Source: Lepidodermella squamata
Taxonomy: Eukaryota; Animalia; Gastrotricha
Assembly (NCBI GenBank): GCA_047495785.1
Contig: JBLDXI010000025.1
Location: 2,356,001 to 2,420,000 of the forward strand
Length of the DNA: 64,000 nt
Direction of reading: 5' to 3'
The translations under genes and the position numbers were made by a program. How positions within the stretch are numbered: the first letter of the stretch is position 1; the number at the start of each line of letters is the position of its first letter. A model generated the notes under the pieces. The model was not told the DNA's origin. It saw nothing but the letters and a program-made list of their open reading frames with translations, and did no database searches. Shown one piece after another: positions 13,183 through 26,615 of the stretch.

Positions 13183-15634
13183 ATGATGAAGGCAAAATTT
13201 TTAATGGCCATGCTGGTACTAGTTTTCAGATGGGTGCCTGAAACTACGGCTGCTGCGAGATATTTGGACTACACATCACCGACCGACCCTCAGGAGCATC
13301 CTTGGCTTGTAATAAAAATTTCGAATTTTTTTAAAAAAATTTCAAAACTTTTTAAAGGCCCAACTTCGAATTTCTTTCATCAACAAACCGCCTAATATTT
13401 GCTCCGGAGCGCTGATTTCAGCCAGATTAATTTTAACCGCCGCCCATTGCCTGTCGAAAGACGGAATTTCGGCCTCTAGGTTAATTTTATTGATTTCACG
13501 GCTGATATCATAAAATCAGCTTTCATCCTGTTATAGGATCAACGTCATTCTAGGCAGCCGTAATTCAAGCCGCCTTAACGAGCCGGGTACAATCAATGTC
13601 ACCCTGGTTGCTAATGTTTTATCAGTCGCGATCCATCCTAGCTTTCAAGTGTTTGGAAGTGGGTACAAGAACGATTTTGCCGTAGTAGCCCTGCAGAACA
13701 CGGTTAACCTAACGTCTGCGATTTACCCACTGCGGCTGCCTCAGGATGACGTTTGTGAGGCGCAGGGCGACTACCAGGCGAATATTCAAGATTTCGACTC
13801 GTGCCTCATGGCTAGTGCTGTTGGCTGGGGCGTGACTTCGAACGGAAATCGGTCTGATACGCCTCGTAAGACTAACATCGCCATGCGGGCCTACGATTTC
13901 TGCACCGATTTCATGTCTGTATCCACCCTGGAATTCTCGCCTGATCTTATGTGTGCCGGCGGCAGTTCAGACGAGGACGACCAGCGGAATACGTGCCCTG
14001 GCGACGATGGCGGGCCGTTGATTTGTATATCCGGCCCGGCTAATTACCAGTTTTTGCTCGGGGTCTACTCGTATGGCGACCTGCCGTGCGGGGCGCCGAT
14101 GGGCGGCGACTACCCGGCCGTCTACGCCCGGGTGTGTGCGGTTAATAACTGGTTGAAAATGATGTTTAATTTGTTCCCGGCCGTTTCGACGCTGAACCGG
14201 ATTCCGGAGGCGAATTTTACAACTTCGACTCAAAGCACGGCTCAACCGACTGGGCAGACGCTGGGTATCCTAGACCTAGGCACTACTCGCCGCCCTACAA
14301 CTACTACAACAGCATGTACGACCTAGTTTTCAAAAATGAATTGAATTTAGATTATATTTTATCAGCTACGGGAAAGACGGAAGAGGATATTTTTGATGTT
14401 TTAAATCCGACTACGACTACAGTAAGACCAAGGACCAGAACGACGACAACATCAACGACGACAACTACAACTGCAGCGACTACAACAAGTGGTATTTATA
14501 CATACCGTATTTGTTCCTATAAGGCCGGGCTACTAAAATTTCAACCTCGATATTTTGAAATTTTCAAAAAATAATTTTGGTGAATCGTTTATTTTTGATG
14601 TTTTCGTACCGACTTGACTCCTCAACCCTGGGCTACTATTAGTGATGGGCGATCGTTAGTGGATCCGAGCCGATCTAATATCTATAACCCCTAAGACCTG
14701 GGCTAATATTGGAGATGAGAGATTATTGGCGACTTGGTTACTATTGGAACAAATATTGGAGGTGAATAATGTGGGACGTGTTCGCATCAAGTTGTAGATC
14801 GTCCACATTCCAGATGAGGGCAACAAGAGCTATGGCAAAAAATCATCAAAAAACGAAGAGGTTTCCCGGATTATTCCAATAATTTCGCCCGCAAACCATG
14901 AGTTATTTGAATCTATGGTGCAGATCTGACCCCGAAATTCTCAAGTTATTCTTCGAAAATCGATTAAATTTCGAAATTCGCGAGCTCATGGCGATATTTT
15001 TTATTTAATCTTGGTCGTCCAAATGCGTGTTTGCTTCCTTCTATAATTTTTTTAATTATTTTGATCATAACCCTGAATATCGGTCAAAATGTATGTTGTA
15101 TTTTTCGCAAAATCCTGGTTTTATCCGGATTTTTCTCATTTAACTTCGAAGTTACGCCAGAGGCTTCAACAACTCCGTCGGCAGCGACGACTCAAATTCC
15201 AATAAATACGACTACACGAGCTTCAACAACTACAACAAGGATAAATGGTAAAAATGGAGATTCTAACCAAAAAAAAATTAATTTTTTGATTATTCAATAT
15301 AGTTATTGTGCCGATAAATGCTCCCCCATCTCCCCCTATTCGTCCAACGTCAAGTTAGTCTTAGTCTAATGGTTTCGTCGTCGAAACTGCCTTTCTTTTT
15401 CATTTTTTAGGATGTGCGAAGCCGATACCATCCGAGCCAATCATCTGCACCCGCGCATTTTCCACCCGCTACTACTACAACACAGCCCGAAAAACGTGTG
15501 AATCCTACCGAGGCTGCTTGTTATCCGCTAAGGAAGAAGCCGAAGTGCTCGACAATGACTTCTCGTCACTTGTTTCGTGCCGCGTCGCCTGCGCCACCGC
15601 CTCAAGTTCCATCATTAACACCGATTACCGATAA
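13183..15634 (+). CDS. Secreted serine-protease homologue (catalytic Ser to Asp) + Thr-rich stalk + C-terminal Kunitz-like domain
   Basis: Signal peptide; EHPWL, CSGALIS, TAAHC, NDFAVV, TCPGDDGGP. Last exon from 15411 reads CAKPIP...ICTRAFSTRYYYN...CESYRGC...NDF...CRVAC, with TAA at 15632-15634 (a frame missing from the ORF track). Confidence 0.8.
14505..14758. mobile_element. Possible degraded intronic MITE
   Basis: TA|CCGTATTTGTTCC on the left and an imperfect inverse GGAACAAATATTG on the right, inside an intron much longer than its neighbours. Confidence 0.3.
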
Positions 15635-18600
15635 ACAATAAAAATTATTACCCGCACACAATTTTTATCAAAAAATTATTCAAATAAATGAGCAATAATT
15701 ACTTCGTTTTTTGCACGCTTTTACATTGTTTTGAAATATTTTGAGTAAAATTCAGGCGCAGCGTCCGGAAATCGCGCGCACCTCGGCCGCATTATTATTA
15801 GGGTGGCTAAAAATCCGCCGAAATCACTCGAGTACTACTACTACCTCATAAAAATCGTTGCGCGCAGCATGGCGAAACGTAAACAACAATCGACGTTTTA
15901 TAGAACAACGGTCGTAGTAGTAATAAAACAATAATAACAACAAACACTCGGACACGGCAAAATAATAACTTCAGATAAGTGCTATACTTATATAGGCGCA
16001 GGTGGGTTTTAGCCGCAGCGGCAATCGCTGTAAGTTTTTCTAATTGCCTAGGCGTGAAAAATAAATCATTGGGCCCTGCTGTTTTTCGCACTTGTTTCAC
16101 TGGGACACATTATATTACCAGTGGCTATGGTCTATAAATAAATTCTCCCTTTGTTTGATTATAGCGTTTAAAAAAATTAGGTGTATATTTTGCGAGTTCG
16201 GGGAATTGCGATTAAAAAATTGTAGTATATAATTAGCTAAAATTAGCACCTTCGCTTTTTGCTGCGATAAACAATTTTTCAGGTAAATAAACTATTAAGG
16301 GCTATTTAGGTACTATACCACCGAGAAAAAATGTTTGTAGCTATTTACGAATTTTCCCATTTTTGTCGAAACAATTTAGCTTTTATATATTTTTCCTATT
16401 TCGAAAAATAATCAAATTAAAAGAAGCCGTATATTTTTTGAAGGTTAATACGAATAGGTAGGTGAACAATTTGTCCACTAATTTTGCTGTCGCATTTTTT
16501 TTCTCGCCATGGGCTAAATACCACGCGCGGCTAATTATTAGCAAAACAAATGGCTGCTTTTATAATTTGCGCGGATAAATAATTGTTCGTTATTTCGCGA
16601 GCGGCAACTTGTTGATTCCAAAGAAAAAATTAAAGGGGAACAATGGTTTTTTAGTTCCCAGACTCAAAGCTCAGCCGTAAAATTTTAATCCGTAATTTTG
16701 AATATTTTTTATTTCGAGAATTGTCGAGGGTTTAGCTCACAGGATTCTCTCTCTCTCTCTTTCTCTTTAATAACGGATTAAAAATATTGCCAGATTTCTC
16801 GACGTTTTTCTTATTATTCATTGGGTCATTTGGCCGAGTTCTTAGAGGCCAGTATCATTTTTTCACACCTGCATTTTACACCCGTGTCACTGCGGTGCAT
16901 ATTCGGTGTATAAAACCGAGAAATGCCCGCTGAAAAAAGCGCAACGCGACACGTCCATCATCATATCGCACCTAGGTATAGGTATAATACTTAGTTATAT
17001 ACGAGAGAAGGCGCTGCGGCTTCAATTTTTCGCGCGCTCGTGCGCACTGCAAAAAGTGCGCTCATATAATACCGACAAACAACCGGCACGTGCACAGAAA
17101 ATTATACACCTTGAAATTAAATCTCACATCCTGTATTTTACGAAAATTCCTGTTTTACTGAAATTTTTTATGAAAAAAAATCCAGCGAAAGGAGTCATTT
17201 GTTAGGTCTGTTTATTTGTATTGCTTCGGTTATAATATTACCGCGTCTTCTCAAATAGTTAATAGCGCGTTGAGAGAATATAATAAAAGTGATAAAATCT
17301 ATGGCCGCACCAGCCGGCGCGGCGGCTCATACACTCGCGTTTCATTTCAGGCGAAAATTTGCCTCGCATTACTACTTTTATACTACACCCCTCATTTACG
17401 TAATAATTAGTGAGGCGCAAAATGGGCCCCATCAACCCAACAATGAAACGCCGCAGACAAATAGCAGGCCTTTTTAACATCGTTATGCTAATTAGGCGTG
17501 ACAGGCATCATTGTATTACCGAGAAACACCTCAAACAACGGCTGTTTTGCCTTTGGTCTTTGACGTAGGCCACGAAATGCGAGACTGTTTTAGCCTACTG
17601 ACTTCAGATAAATTCAATTTTTTTATTGATTTTCTGCATAATATACCAATTTTTATTTCGCACTGACCAGTAAGTCGAGGTCGAAATATTGCGTGCCAAA
17701 TATCCGTTTCTAATCCTATTTCACATTTATGCATTATATATATAATCAATTTCTGGTCCTCGGGGCTACATATTCATGAAACGCATCTCTCAAAAATGTA
17801 AAATAGCAAAACTCAAGGGCCAAACGTGCGTCATTTATTTAGGAAACCCCAGTAATTTTTAAGGAGGCGCGTTATAATTTTTATTACTATTATTATTTTT
17901 GCATTTCATTGATATATATACCTTTAGGGGGTGAGTATAATGTTATTGGTATTGAACAGGTATATTATTGTTGTTTAAGGAAGCAGCCGCGCGCGCCGTG
18001 TCTTGAGACGCTCCCCTCGGCGCGCATTTTTATTACCCCCACGCGGCCGGACGCGCGCGCGCTTAACTCTGCTCGCGCATCTCGCGATGAACGTGATGCC
18101 GACAACAATGGTATAGTAAAAGTACATAGCCCAACCTAGCCCTATCTGTATGATTTTCATTCATCAAGTGCGTGTACGCGTCGTTGCGACATATATACCC
18201 TATACCTATACCATTTTGCGTCTTCTGGTTTGTTTAGTTCATTCACAAACTATATTACTAGCGTGTGTTCGCTCGCTTAATGGGCGCCCCGGAAAACGGG
18301 TCATGTGTGCGCACCCTCGGCAAAATACGGCACAAGACAAGAGCGGGGACCAGCGCATGTCAATATCAGGCAAGAAGGTAGCCGGCCGGCTTATTTCTGT
18401 ATAAATATATATTTTATATACCCGGGCCAAGGGCTGGCAAGACGCCGTCGAGAGTGGCCGTTGTTTATTGTTATCATATTATCATATTATAACACTCGTC
18501 GTATCGCGTACACGCCCAGGAAACACCGCGCGTTCATCTTCTCATCATCCGGGCACCTTCTTGTAATAATGCCAATAATTTTTCGGCCCGCTCGCCCGGT

Positions 18601-21600
18601 TTCGTTGTTATTATTTATATTTGTAAGTATATATCCTGGAGGTGGAGCCAGCCCGGCGTGGCACTTTTATAACGCCCGGCTTTTTGCCAACCAAAGCATA
18701 TTATATGCGGGATACATTTTCTAGAACGACGCCAACAAGACGCGCCGAGTCAACACGCAAATCGGCCAAATAATGCCAAGAGTCTAGTGACAATCGAAAA
18801 ACATAATCTCCGGGCCAAATGAGCATCAGTTTCTAGAATTTTTTTCTGAATTTATTTTCAATTTTTAATTTTTGAATACCTGCGACCAGTAACTAAGGAC
18901 GCTTGATACGCTCTTTTCAGCGTTGAGTTATCAGATATAATTGGGCTATTGAAACTAGTTATTATTTTCTCATTTTCATTTTCTTGACGTCATTGAGAAG
19001 GGCAGCGTTTTAAAAACATTCCGAAAATTTGGTTGTCTATTTTATCTAGGATAGTCACAGTCCTCAGTCCCCTATACTAATATTCATTGAGCTGCAATAA
19101 AACGGTATGCAAATTGTCCTTGTTCCAAAATATTCAAATGCTATAATGAACACGAAAAAATTCTAGAAGATTCCGTAGCTCTACAATAAATCTTAAGGTT
19201 TCCGTATCGTTTTGAATTCATCATTTTTTACATTTTCGAAAAATTCAGGAAAAAGCTGAACATTTCGAAAAATTGCCAAAAATACCTTGCGCGCAATAAA
19301 AATAACGAAAATTTTTTCAAGAAATTCCGTTTTTCTACATAAATAATTTAGACAAAGCAGTTTCAGTATCGTTTTATATTCGTCTTTTTGTCTTGGAAAA
19401 AATCCAAGAACAATTGGAAAATTTCGAAAAATTCCCAAAAATACCTTTCGTTTCACTCTGTAAAATTCCCATCTGAATTCCACCATCATTTCAGCTCAAA
19501 TGATTTGTAACAGCGAGATCGTTCGATAGCTTTTTGCGATTTTTTACTCCAATATATTCCCAACTCTACTGAACCGAATGAAATATCGATGACTCAGCCT
19601 TTTAGCTTTTAATTGCGTTAGACGATTTTTCTTTATGAATTGGTCTATCAGTTTAGTTTTTGTCTCTTGCTGATGCAAATCTCTTCTCTTCGATCTTCTC
19701 GGCATTACGATAATCCCTGAGAAATAAGAAAGTCGACATTTTAGCTAATCAGATGCTGTGTTTACTGGCTTTCTAGCCACCTTAATGATTAATTTTGCAC
19801 CTTTTTCTCATCAGTCATCATTCATCATCACACGAGAAGCGCTAAACAAAAACTGATTTTTGTTAGCTTTTCGCCTTTATGACTAACACGGCTGACGAAG
19901 AAAGTACACAGTACACAGTAGTATAAGCTCCCTACTACTACTACCTTGAGGTGGTGTGGTTAGTATAGAGAAGGGAAAAAGAAGGAAAAGCGCGCGCTTT
20001 TTCTTGCGCGTTTTGTTGATAATAGATGACAAAGCGCAAAATGTTTACTATTTGCTCAGCGTTATGTTCTTTCGAGATGCCTATACTTATACTCGCCGAG
20101 CTAGGTCCCCTCTACTATATGTTTAGGATAGTCACTATATACAACAGGCTTTTTCCACAATACGAATGTGTCACCCTTAAAGCCCCGCTTTTTGGCGTCG
20201 TGTGACAATGACGACGGGTGGCGGTAAACAGAACGCAGAAAACGCGCGTTTAATGAGTAAGTAGAGCAGCCTAAAAATGCGCACAAATACCTAAAGGTAC
20301 CAACTGTATGCGCGGGATGATTTATTATTCAACAAAAACAACAATCGCCTTAAAAATCATGTTATCTCGTCTTCGGCTCTATATATGCCTCCAGCTTGGC
20401 ACCGAGTGTGGGAAAAAAATAGCCTCTTATTATAGGAAGCCCTATTGTTATTATTATTACTACATATTGGGGTCATGCTGCTTTGCGAGAAAACAATGCG
20501 GCGAAAAAACACCTGTTAGGGGCCTGTAATGTCGCGCCAGCGTGACGAAAACATTTTTTTGTCGGCTCGCTTGCATTTTTGCAAAGTGAGAAATGTCGCG
20601 GCATGAATCATGCTATGATGTATTGCTATAATACCTATGTTACACTAAGAAAAAATTGTTCCCACGTATGTATTATAATTATGTCATCTTTATTATCATT
20701 CTGCATGCCATTCTTTTTTGCCGCGGCCGTCATAACTAAGACCAGAGGGCCGGCACGATCGTAAAACAAAAACACGTTTTTCTATAGGTTTTTTTTTTTA
20801 TTTATTATGGAAGCAAGATTTTTCAACGTGCGCGGCCATTTTTCTGCCGGGCTTTTTTCAAACAATGGCTGTAGTTTGAATTTTTATCCACATTAATCTA
20901 CCTAGTGTTGAAATATCTTTTTTCTTGTTTTATCATTGCTTTGTGTATATATAATTTTATGAAAAAACGTGCGTAGTCGTTTTACACATTTAGCGTAAAA
21001 AATTTAGGTAGGTGACGTTTAGGTTCTTTTCTATGAATAATACCCATATTACGCCCTTAGAGTTTGCGCCCAGTGAACTGTGCTATAACATGTGGCATAT
21101 AGAGCACGATTTAATCGAGTGTGGGGGTTTCACGAGGTTGACTTTTTGTTGGGAAAAAAACGACAGCATTATTCACTTCTAAGCATTTTTTGCACTCGAG
21201 TAACAAACAATAATTATTCAAAAATTATTATTAATAAATTATATTCAATTTTTCATAAATAATTTCCTGGCTAATTTTTGACATTCTATGGAATTTGTCA
21301 AGTTCGAATTCATCCACGCGTGAAGGAAATTTTTTAGAGCTTATTCTTAAAATTTCCGCTAATTCGGTATAAGTTCATAAATCTCTAGAAATTCCCGCCG
21401 GTTAGCAACGCAATCATTGAATGTGGGTCATACTAATTACCTGAATTTGAACACGCATTAGGAAATAGGTCAAACTTCCGCCTTGATATTCTTTTAATTC
21501 TCAATTTTTCGAATTTCGATTTCATCGGAGGTTTTTTCAATTTAGGTTTTTTGGTTTTCCATTTTTTATTAATTTGAATTATTGTATTTTTATACAATAA

Positions 21601-22628
21601 ATTTTCTGCATAAATTAGAATAAATAAAAATAAATTTAAGCCGGCATTTTCAATTTACCTTAATCCTTTTTTATATCCTCACTTTTTCGGCCATTTTTTA
21701 ATCCTGACTTACCTATTGTCCACTATGGTCGGAAAAACTGAGAAGAGATACTTTAATTTTCTGCGGATTTTCGTAATTTTGTGCTTGAAAATTGACAGCG
21801 GCTTTACAATCTGAATAGCCAGAAAACGGAAGCGCCAAGTATTGTTGTCAGCTTTTGCTGACAAAAGGCGGCATTGTCATCCTCGTTTCACTCGAGACGC
21901 GCTCGCGCTGTTGAAAATTTATAATTATTTTCTGCGAGATGTATCCTAAACTAGAATATTATATATTATGTGGGACACAAAGAGGCGATTTATATGCGCG
22001 TATAATATATATTAAATCTACCTGTTCAAATTATTAGCCGCGCTAAATGAGCCGGCTATTGTTTTATCATCTGTTACGCACTTGATGCGTATAATATTAT
22101 TATTTATTAAAATTGGCCTCATCATCATGGGCAAAAATTGCCGCACACAAGTAGCGTCTTCTAATAACCGCGTTTTATATAGCACATAGGACGTTGTTGC
22201 TTGTTTGTTGTTCGATGGCTCGCGTTATCCATCGCTCATGTCTCTACTCAAAACTCTACTCACTCATTTTCTTCACTCGCGAGCCGCGCATCAAATTTTG
22301 AAATAATATTTTTAAGGCAGCGCGAAATCAACTCGCCGCAATTTTTATTACTGCGAAGCACGCTAAAAATGTGCAATAATTACAACGTATATACGCAGCG
22401 TTTTGTCTCACTTCTATCATCATACCAGGGTTTATTTCTCACCTCTCCGCGTTTGCGGCTGCCAAATTTACGAAGCCAACTAAATTTAGTTATTTTTCAC
22501 ACTTTTTCAGCTTTCAGCAATCATCAATTTTTTAAAACGTTTTTTCCTACCTTATAATAGAGCTGTTATCAATAAATTTGAGAGTTATGGCTTAGTTAAC
22601 TTTTATATTACATCGAACCGATACGAAA

Positions 22629-25600
22629 ATGTCAAACGGCGAAATTTCCGCCCCGCAAGTGGCGCAGAAAAACGTTATTGATACAACGCCAAATCCTAAC
22701 CCGTCCGTTATCCGTCGCCATTTCGAGCATGTTGAAACCGAGCTAGCCGTCCCAGTTTCCGTTGGATCTCCGGCTAATAGCCAGCGATCAAAAGGCCCAG
22801 CTCCTCCACCACCTGTTGCTCCAAAACAGGAATACACCGAGGATAATTACATCTACAACGATTCATCATCGTTGCCGCAAGCAGAGGTGATTTCGAGCCA
22901 AAGACCTATTGGCGGCAATGATTTGGCTAAAAAGCCTGCTCCTGTTCTTCCGCCTCGAAGTAGCACCTCAGGCGAGAATCCGACTCAGAAGCCAAATCCT
23001 TACCGGACAAAGCGGCAGCAGAGTACGAACGACGACGGGCCTGGGATGTTACCTGCCGCGACGATTGATACAACGCCAAATCCTAATCCTTCAGCAATCC
23101 GGAGATTTTTCGAAAAATCCGGCCCGACCGACGTGAAGTGCCACGCTTGTGGCGAGCCGGTCTATCCAACAGAACGGCTATGCCTCACGGAAGATGTTTG
23201 CTATCACAAAGCTTGCTTTCGATGCGCGGTCTGCAGCCAGCATTTGACCATCAAAACCTTCGTGCGGAACCCAGTCGATCGAACAGACGCGGCTGTTTAC
23301 TGCCGGAAGCACGTGCCGCGGATTGTTGATGCAAAGTTCGATGAACATGCGATAGGAATCCGCGGGGCGTTGAATGCTCAACGTGTGTTGAAGAAGGGCC
23401 AGGTCGATTTGTCGCGCCATCACTTTGACGCGAGGAATTTACTACTACAACGGGCGCTGAAGGCTGCGAGTAACCATCGAATGGCGAACGGCGAGATGGA
23501 GAGCTCATCGTCAATCGAGGGCGACCAGTCGCCGCAACAGGCGTTGAGGTCCAGTCGGTTTATGGAGAGCGGCCAGCAGGAAAGTTGGGCGCCGAAGGTT
23601 GGCATCGAAGCTTTACACATAAAAACAGCGCTAGACGCCCAGAAGAACCGGTCTAAAGGCGGGAAAATGACCATGTCGAAACATCACTACCTACCAGACT
23701 TCGTTCACAAGAAGCAGAACGAGATTCTGGAGGCTCAGGAAGAGCTCGAGTTGGTCCAACGCCGCGAGGAAGATGCCTTACTCCGCCAGTTCCAGGAGGA
23801 AAGAAATTTCGAGGAGGTTCAAATTCAACGCGGCATCGAGTCTGAATGGGAAGACGAGTTGCGTATTTTAACCCAGAAGTACGACAAATTATTGTCGAAA
23901 AAGGGCCAGAATAAGCAGGCTCTTATGACGCAATTCGAGGAGGAGAAGCGGCAACTACGTCAGCAAATGGATGAAAAGTTGATCGCGACCCAACGAACCG
24001 CCACGATTCGACTACGTCACAAGGAGCAGGAGGAGACTTCGAAGATGATCGAACGTCATGGTAGGCAGATGTTGGAACTTCTCTGGCACAAGCAACGTGA
24101 GGTTGAGAACGAGATTCAGCAGGAATTGATGGTGCCGGAGATGAGTCAGGAAATGACGTCGCACCAGTCGCAACTCACCGAAAACGGCCCGGATTCAATG
24201 GTTATGTTCGACATGAGTGAGATCAGTTTGATCAGCCAAAACAACGCAGCTGCCGCGATTGCAGCGGCCGAGGAGCGTCAGTCGCAGAACTCGGCGTTAT
24301 CCGGAGATTACGACGATGCTACAACGTCAATGCAGAAGGGCGATGTTTTGGAGGAAGAAACTGAAATGGTACGAGTTCTAAACAACATCGAAGGCGCCTC
24401 TGCAGCCCCTCCACCACCGCCCCACCCGCCATCTTGCCGAAAATGCGATCTTTTCATCGATTCTTCAGTCTTCGCCCAACTCGATAGTTACGTTCTCGAG
24501 GTTGCGCAAACCGACCCGGAGAGCTTCACTAAATTAGTCCATAAGCTGATGAAACCTTGTCTAACCGACCTTGAGAAGGCCAGGGCGATTTTCCGATGGA
24601 TTACCGCGAAAGATTTGAATGTGATTGACTTCTCGCAAATGCCAGCCGCTAACCAGAGTGACACCCCACTCGGTATTCTGCGATCCATCAAAATGGGGGT
24701 TGAGACCTACCACACGTTATTCCGAAGACTTTGCTCATACGCAGGTTTGAATTGCGTTGAAATCCGCGGCCACTCGAAAAGTGTTGGCTACGAGCCGGGG
24801 ATGCACATCGAACCCGGCCAGTTTCTCAACACCTGGAACGCAGTTCTGCTAGACGGAGACTGGCGGCTGGTTCAATGCAACTGGGGCGCGCGGCATTTGG
24901 TTTTGAACAAGGACCAAAATCAGGCGAATCATGGGTCAAGTGAGACTAGCTCAATACCATCCGATCCGTCGAGCTCGCCGAAAAAGCCGGAGGATAGCAT
25001 TCGTTACCAACAGGACGAGCATTACTTCCTCACCGATCCTGAGGACTTCATCACAGAGTTCTGGCCATTCGATCCGAAGTGGCAGTTACTCCACGAGCCG
25101 ATTACACTGGACGAATTCGAGAAATTGCCGTTTGTCCGATCGGTTTTCTTCCATTACGGCATGGCGTTTGTCGACGATATGCGAGCGGTAGCTGATGCGG
25201 ATGAGTGCGGTGGGGCTCAAGTCAGGATAACAGTCGACCCAGCCATAGCTCAGGACATAGTTTTCCACTACCAGTTACGCTTCGCTGATCGAACAATGTC
25301 GACCGAGACATCTTACCGCGGCATCGCGTTGGAACGATTCGTTTTCCAGTCGATAAATGGCAATCAAATTTTGTATAAGGTCTTCGTGCCGACTGTTGGC
25401 GAATATTTCCTCGAAGTGTTTGCGAACCGTCTACCAGCCAGCCAATCTGATGGCGCTTCGATGAGCTCAAGTCGTTCGAGCGGCATTCACGCACCGCAAC
25501 AGCCTTTCCGACTGAAATGCGCGTGCAAATTCCGGATTCGCTGCCCGAAAATCAGCCAGAAAATGCACCCCTTACCGGCTTGCTCCCCCGGCGAGTGGGG

Positions 25601-26615
25601 CCCAGCTAAGGCCCTACGTCACTTCGGCCTTCAACCGCTCACCCACGCATTGGGAGCTTTTGATTGCGCTGACCATGTTCAAATTGCCTTCGCAGTCCCT
25701 CAGTTACCCTCGGTAATGGAAAGCCCCGTCGAAGAGGAGCGTGGTGGTCTAAGCCGACAATCCAGCTCTTCAATGCATACGAATCCTTACGATCTTCACG
25801 CCAGGCTTCATATGAACAACATTGAAGATCGACTGTTGGAAAAGTTCGTTACTTCTTGGCGGGATCAGGGTAAGGACGGTCGGGAACAACTTGTAGTCCG
25901 GGTCTCCTTCCCACAGGCTGGTCAATATGGCTTGGATATCTACGCGAGAAAGTACCCCGAGGCGAATTTCGCCCATGCCTGTAAGTACCTGATCAACGTG
26001 AGATCAGTCGCTAGACCCGACCCAGCTATCTCGCCAATCGCTGGCGCATCCCCTGTTGCTATGTCGGATAAATTCGGACCAACTGCAGCATTTGGCGAGC
26101 TTGGTCTGAAAGCTGTTAGCCACAAGGATACTTCCACCGTGATTTTGAAATCAGCAAAACCTGTCGACATCGAATTTAGCTTTAAGAAACCGTTGGATTT
26201 TGCGTTTCACTTCATGCGAGCGGCGACCTTCGAGGATTTGCGAAATCGATGCCAAATGTTGGGGCCTCGCGAGGCTGGCAAAGGCAAGGTGATTTTCCGG
26301 CTTGATATCGGCGAACCTGGTCACTTCCTACTTGCGATCTACGCGAGAAAATCCGACCAGAACTCGCAGGGCGGCAAACCGTCGTTGTTAGCAATGTCGA
26401 ATGTCTTCAACTACCACATTATCTGCACAATGCCGCAACAAGTTTCCGGGAATAGCTTCCAAATGACGGCGATGACGTCGAGTTTAAGCGACGATGCAGC
26501 TTCGAGCAGCAGTGGAACGCCTCGAAGTGTCAACAGCCCCATCAGTCAACCGCCTGTTCCGCCTAGCAACAGGCCTGCCATCACTAGCCGGTCTACACTG
26601 GCCGTGGCGCGGTGA
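22629..26615 (+). CDS. Hillarin / LTD-1 / KY-like protein (LIM domain, coiled coil, inactive transglutaminase-like domain, C-terminal repeats)
   Basis: 1328-aa uninterrupted ORF. LIM (CHAC...HKACFRCAVC...YCRKH), KARAIFRWIT, LFRRLCSYAGL, NTWNAVLLDGDWRLVQCNWGA, HYFLTDP, and G.Y.L.(V/I)(F/Y)A repeats. Confidence 0.9.
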   Translation: MSNGEISAPQVAQKNVIDTTPNPNPSVIRRHFEHVETELAVPVSVGSPANSQRSKGPAPPPPVAPKQEYTEDNYIYNDSSSLPQAEVISSQRPIGGNDLAKKPAPVLPPRSSTSGENPTQKPNPYRTKRQQSTNDDGPGMLPAATIDTTPNPNPSAIRRFFEKSGPTDVKCHACGEPVYPTERLCLTEDVCYHKACFRCAVCSQHLTIKTFVRNPVDRTDAAVYCRKHVPRIVDAKFDEHAIGIRGALNAQRVLKKGQVDLSRHHFDARNLLLQRALKAASNHRMANGEMESSSSIEGDQSPQQALRSSRFMESGQQESWAPKVGIEALHIKTALDAQKNRSKGGKMTMSKHHYLPDFVHKKQNEILEAQEELELVQRREEDALLRQFQEERNFEEVQIQRGIESEWEDELRILTQKYDKLLSKKGQNKQALMTQFEEEKRQLRQQMDEKLIATQRTATIRLRHKEQEETSKMIERHGRQMLELLWHKQREVENEIQQELMVPEMSQEMTSHQSQLTENGPDSMVMFDMSEISLISQNNAAAAIAAAEERQSQNSALSGDYDDATTSMQKGDVLEEETEMVRVLNNIEGASAAPPPPPHPPSCRKCDLFIDSSVFAQLDSYVLEVAQTDPESFTKLVHKLMKPCLTDLEKARAIFRWITAKDLNVIDFSQMPAANQSDTPLGILRSIKMGVETYHTLFRRLCSYAGLNCVEIRGHSKSVGYEPGMHIEPGQFLNTWNAVLLDGDWRLVQCNWGARHLVLNKDQNQANHGSSETSSIPSDPSSSPKKPEDSIRYQQDEHYFLTDPEDFITEFWPFDPKWQLLHEPITLDEFEKLPFVRSVFFHYGMAFVDDMRAVADADECGGAQVRITVDPAIAQDIVFHYQLRFADRTMSTETSYRGIALERFVFQSINGNQILYKVFVPTVGEYFLEVFANRLPASQSDGASMSSSRSSGIHAPQQPFRLKCACKFRIRCPKISQKMHPLPACSPGEWGPAKALRHFGLQPLTHALGAFDCADHVQIAFAVPQLPSVMESPVEEERGGLSRQSSSSMHTNPYDLHARLHMNNIEDRLLEKFVTSWRDQGKDGREQLVVRVSFPQAGQYGLDIYARKYPEANFAHACKYLINVRSVARPDPAISPIAGASPVAMSDKFGPTAAFGELGLKAVSHKDTSTVILKSAKPVDIEFSFKKPLDFAFHFMRAATFEDLRNRCQMLGPREAGKGKVIFRLDIGEPGHFLLAIYARKSDQNSQGGKPSLLAMSNVFNYHIICTMPQQVSGNSFQMTAMTSSLSDDAASSSSGTPRSVNSPISQPPVPPSNRPAITSRSTLAVAR

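Noticed and set aside
15700-22600. Many short ORFs in the 7-kb region upstream of the hillarin-like gene
   Set aside because: They show no domain motifs and many have non-ATG starts. The region looks like regulatory or UTR-intron DNA. I recognised no RNA gene, though a covariance-model search was not possible.
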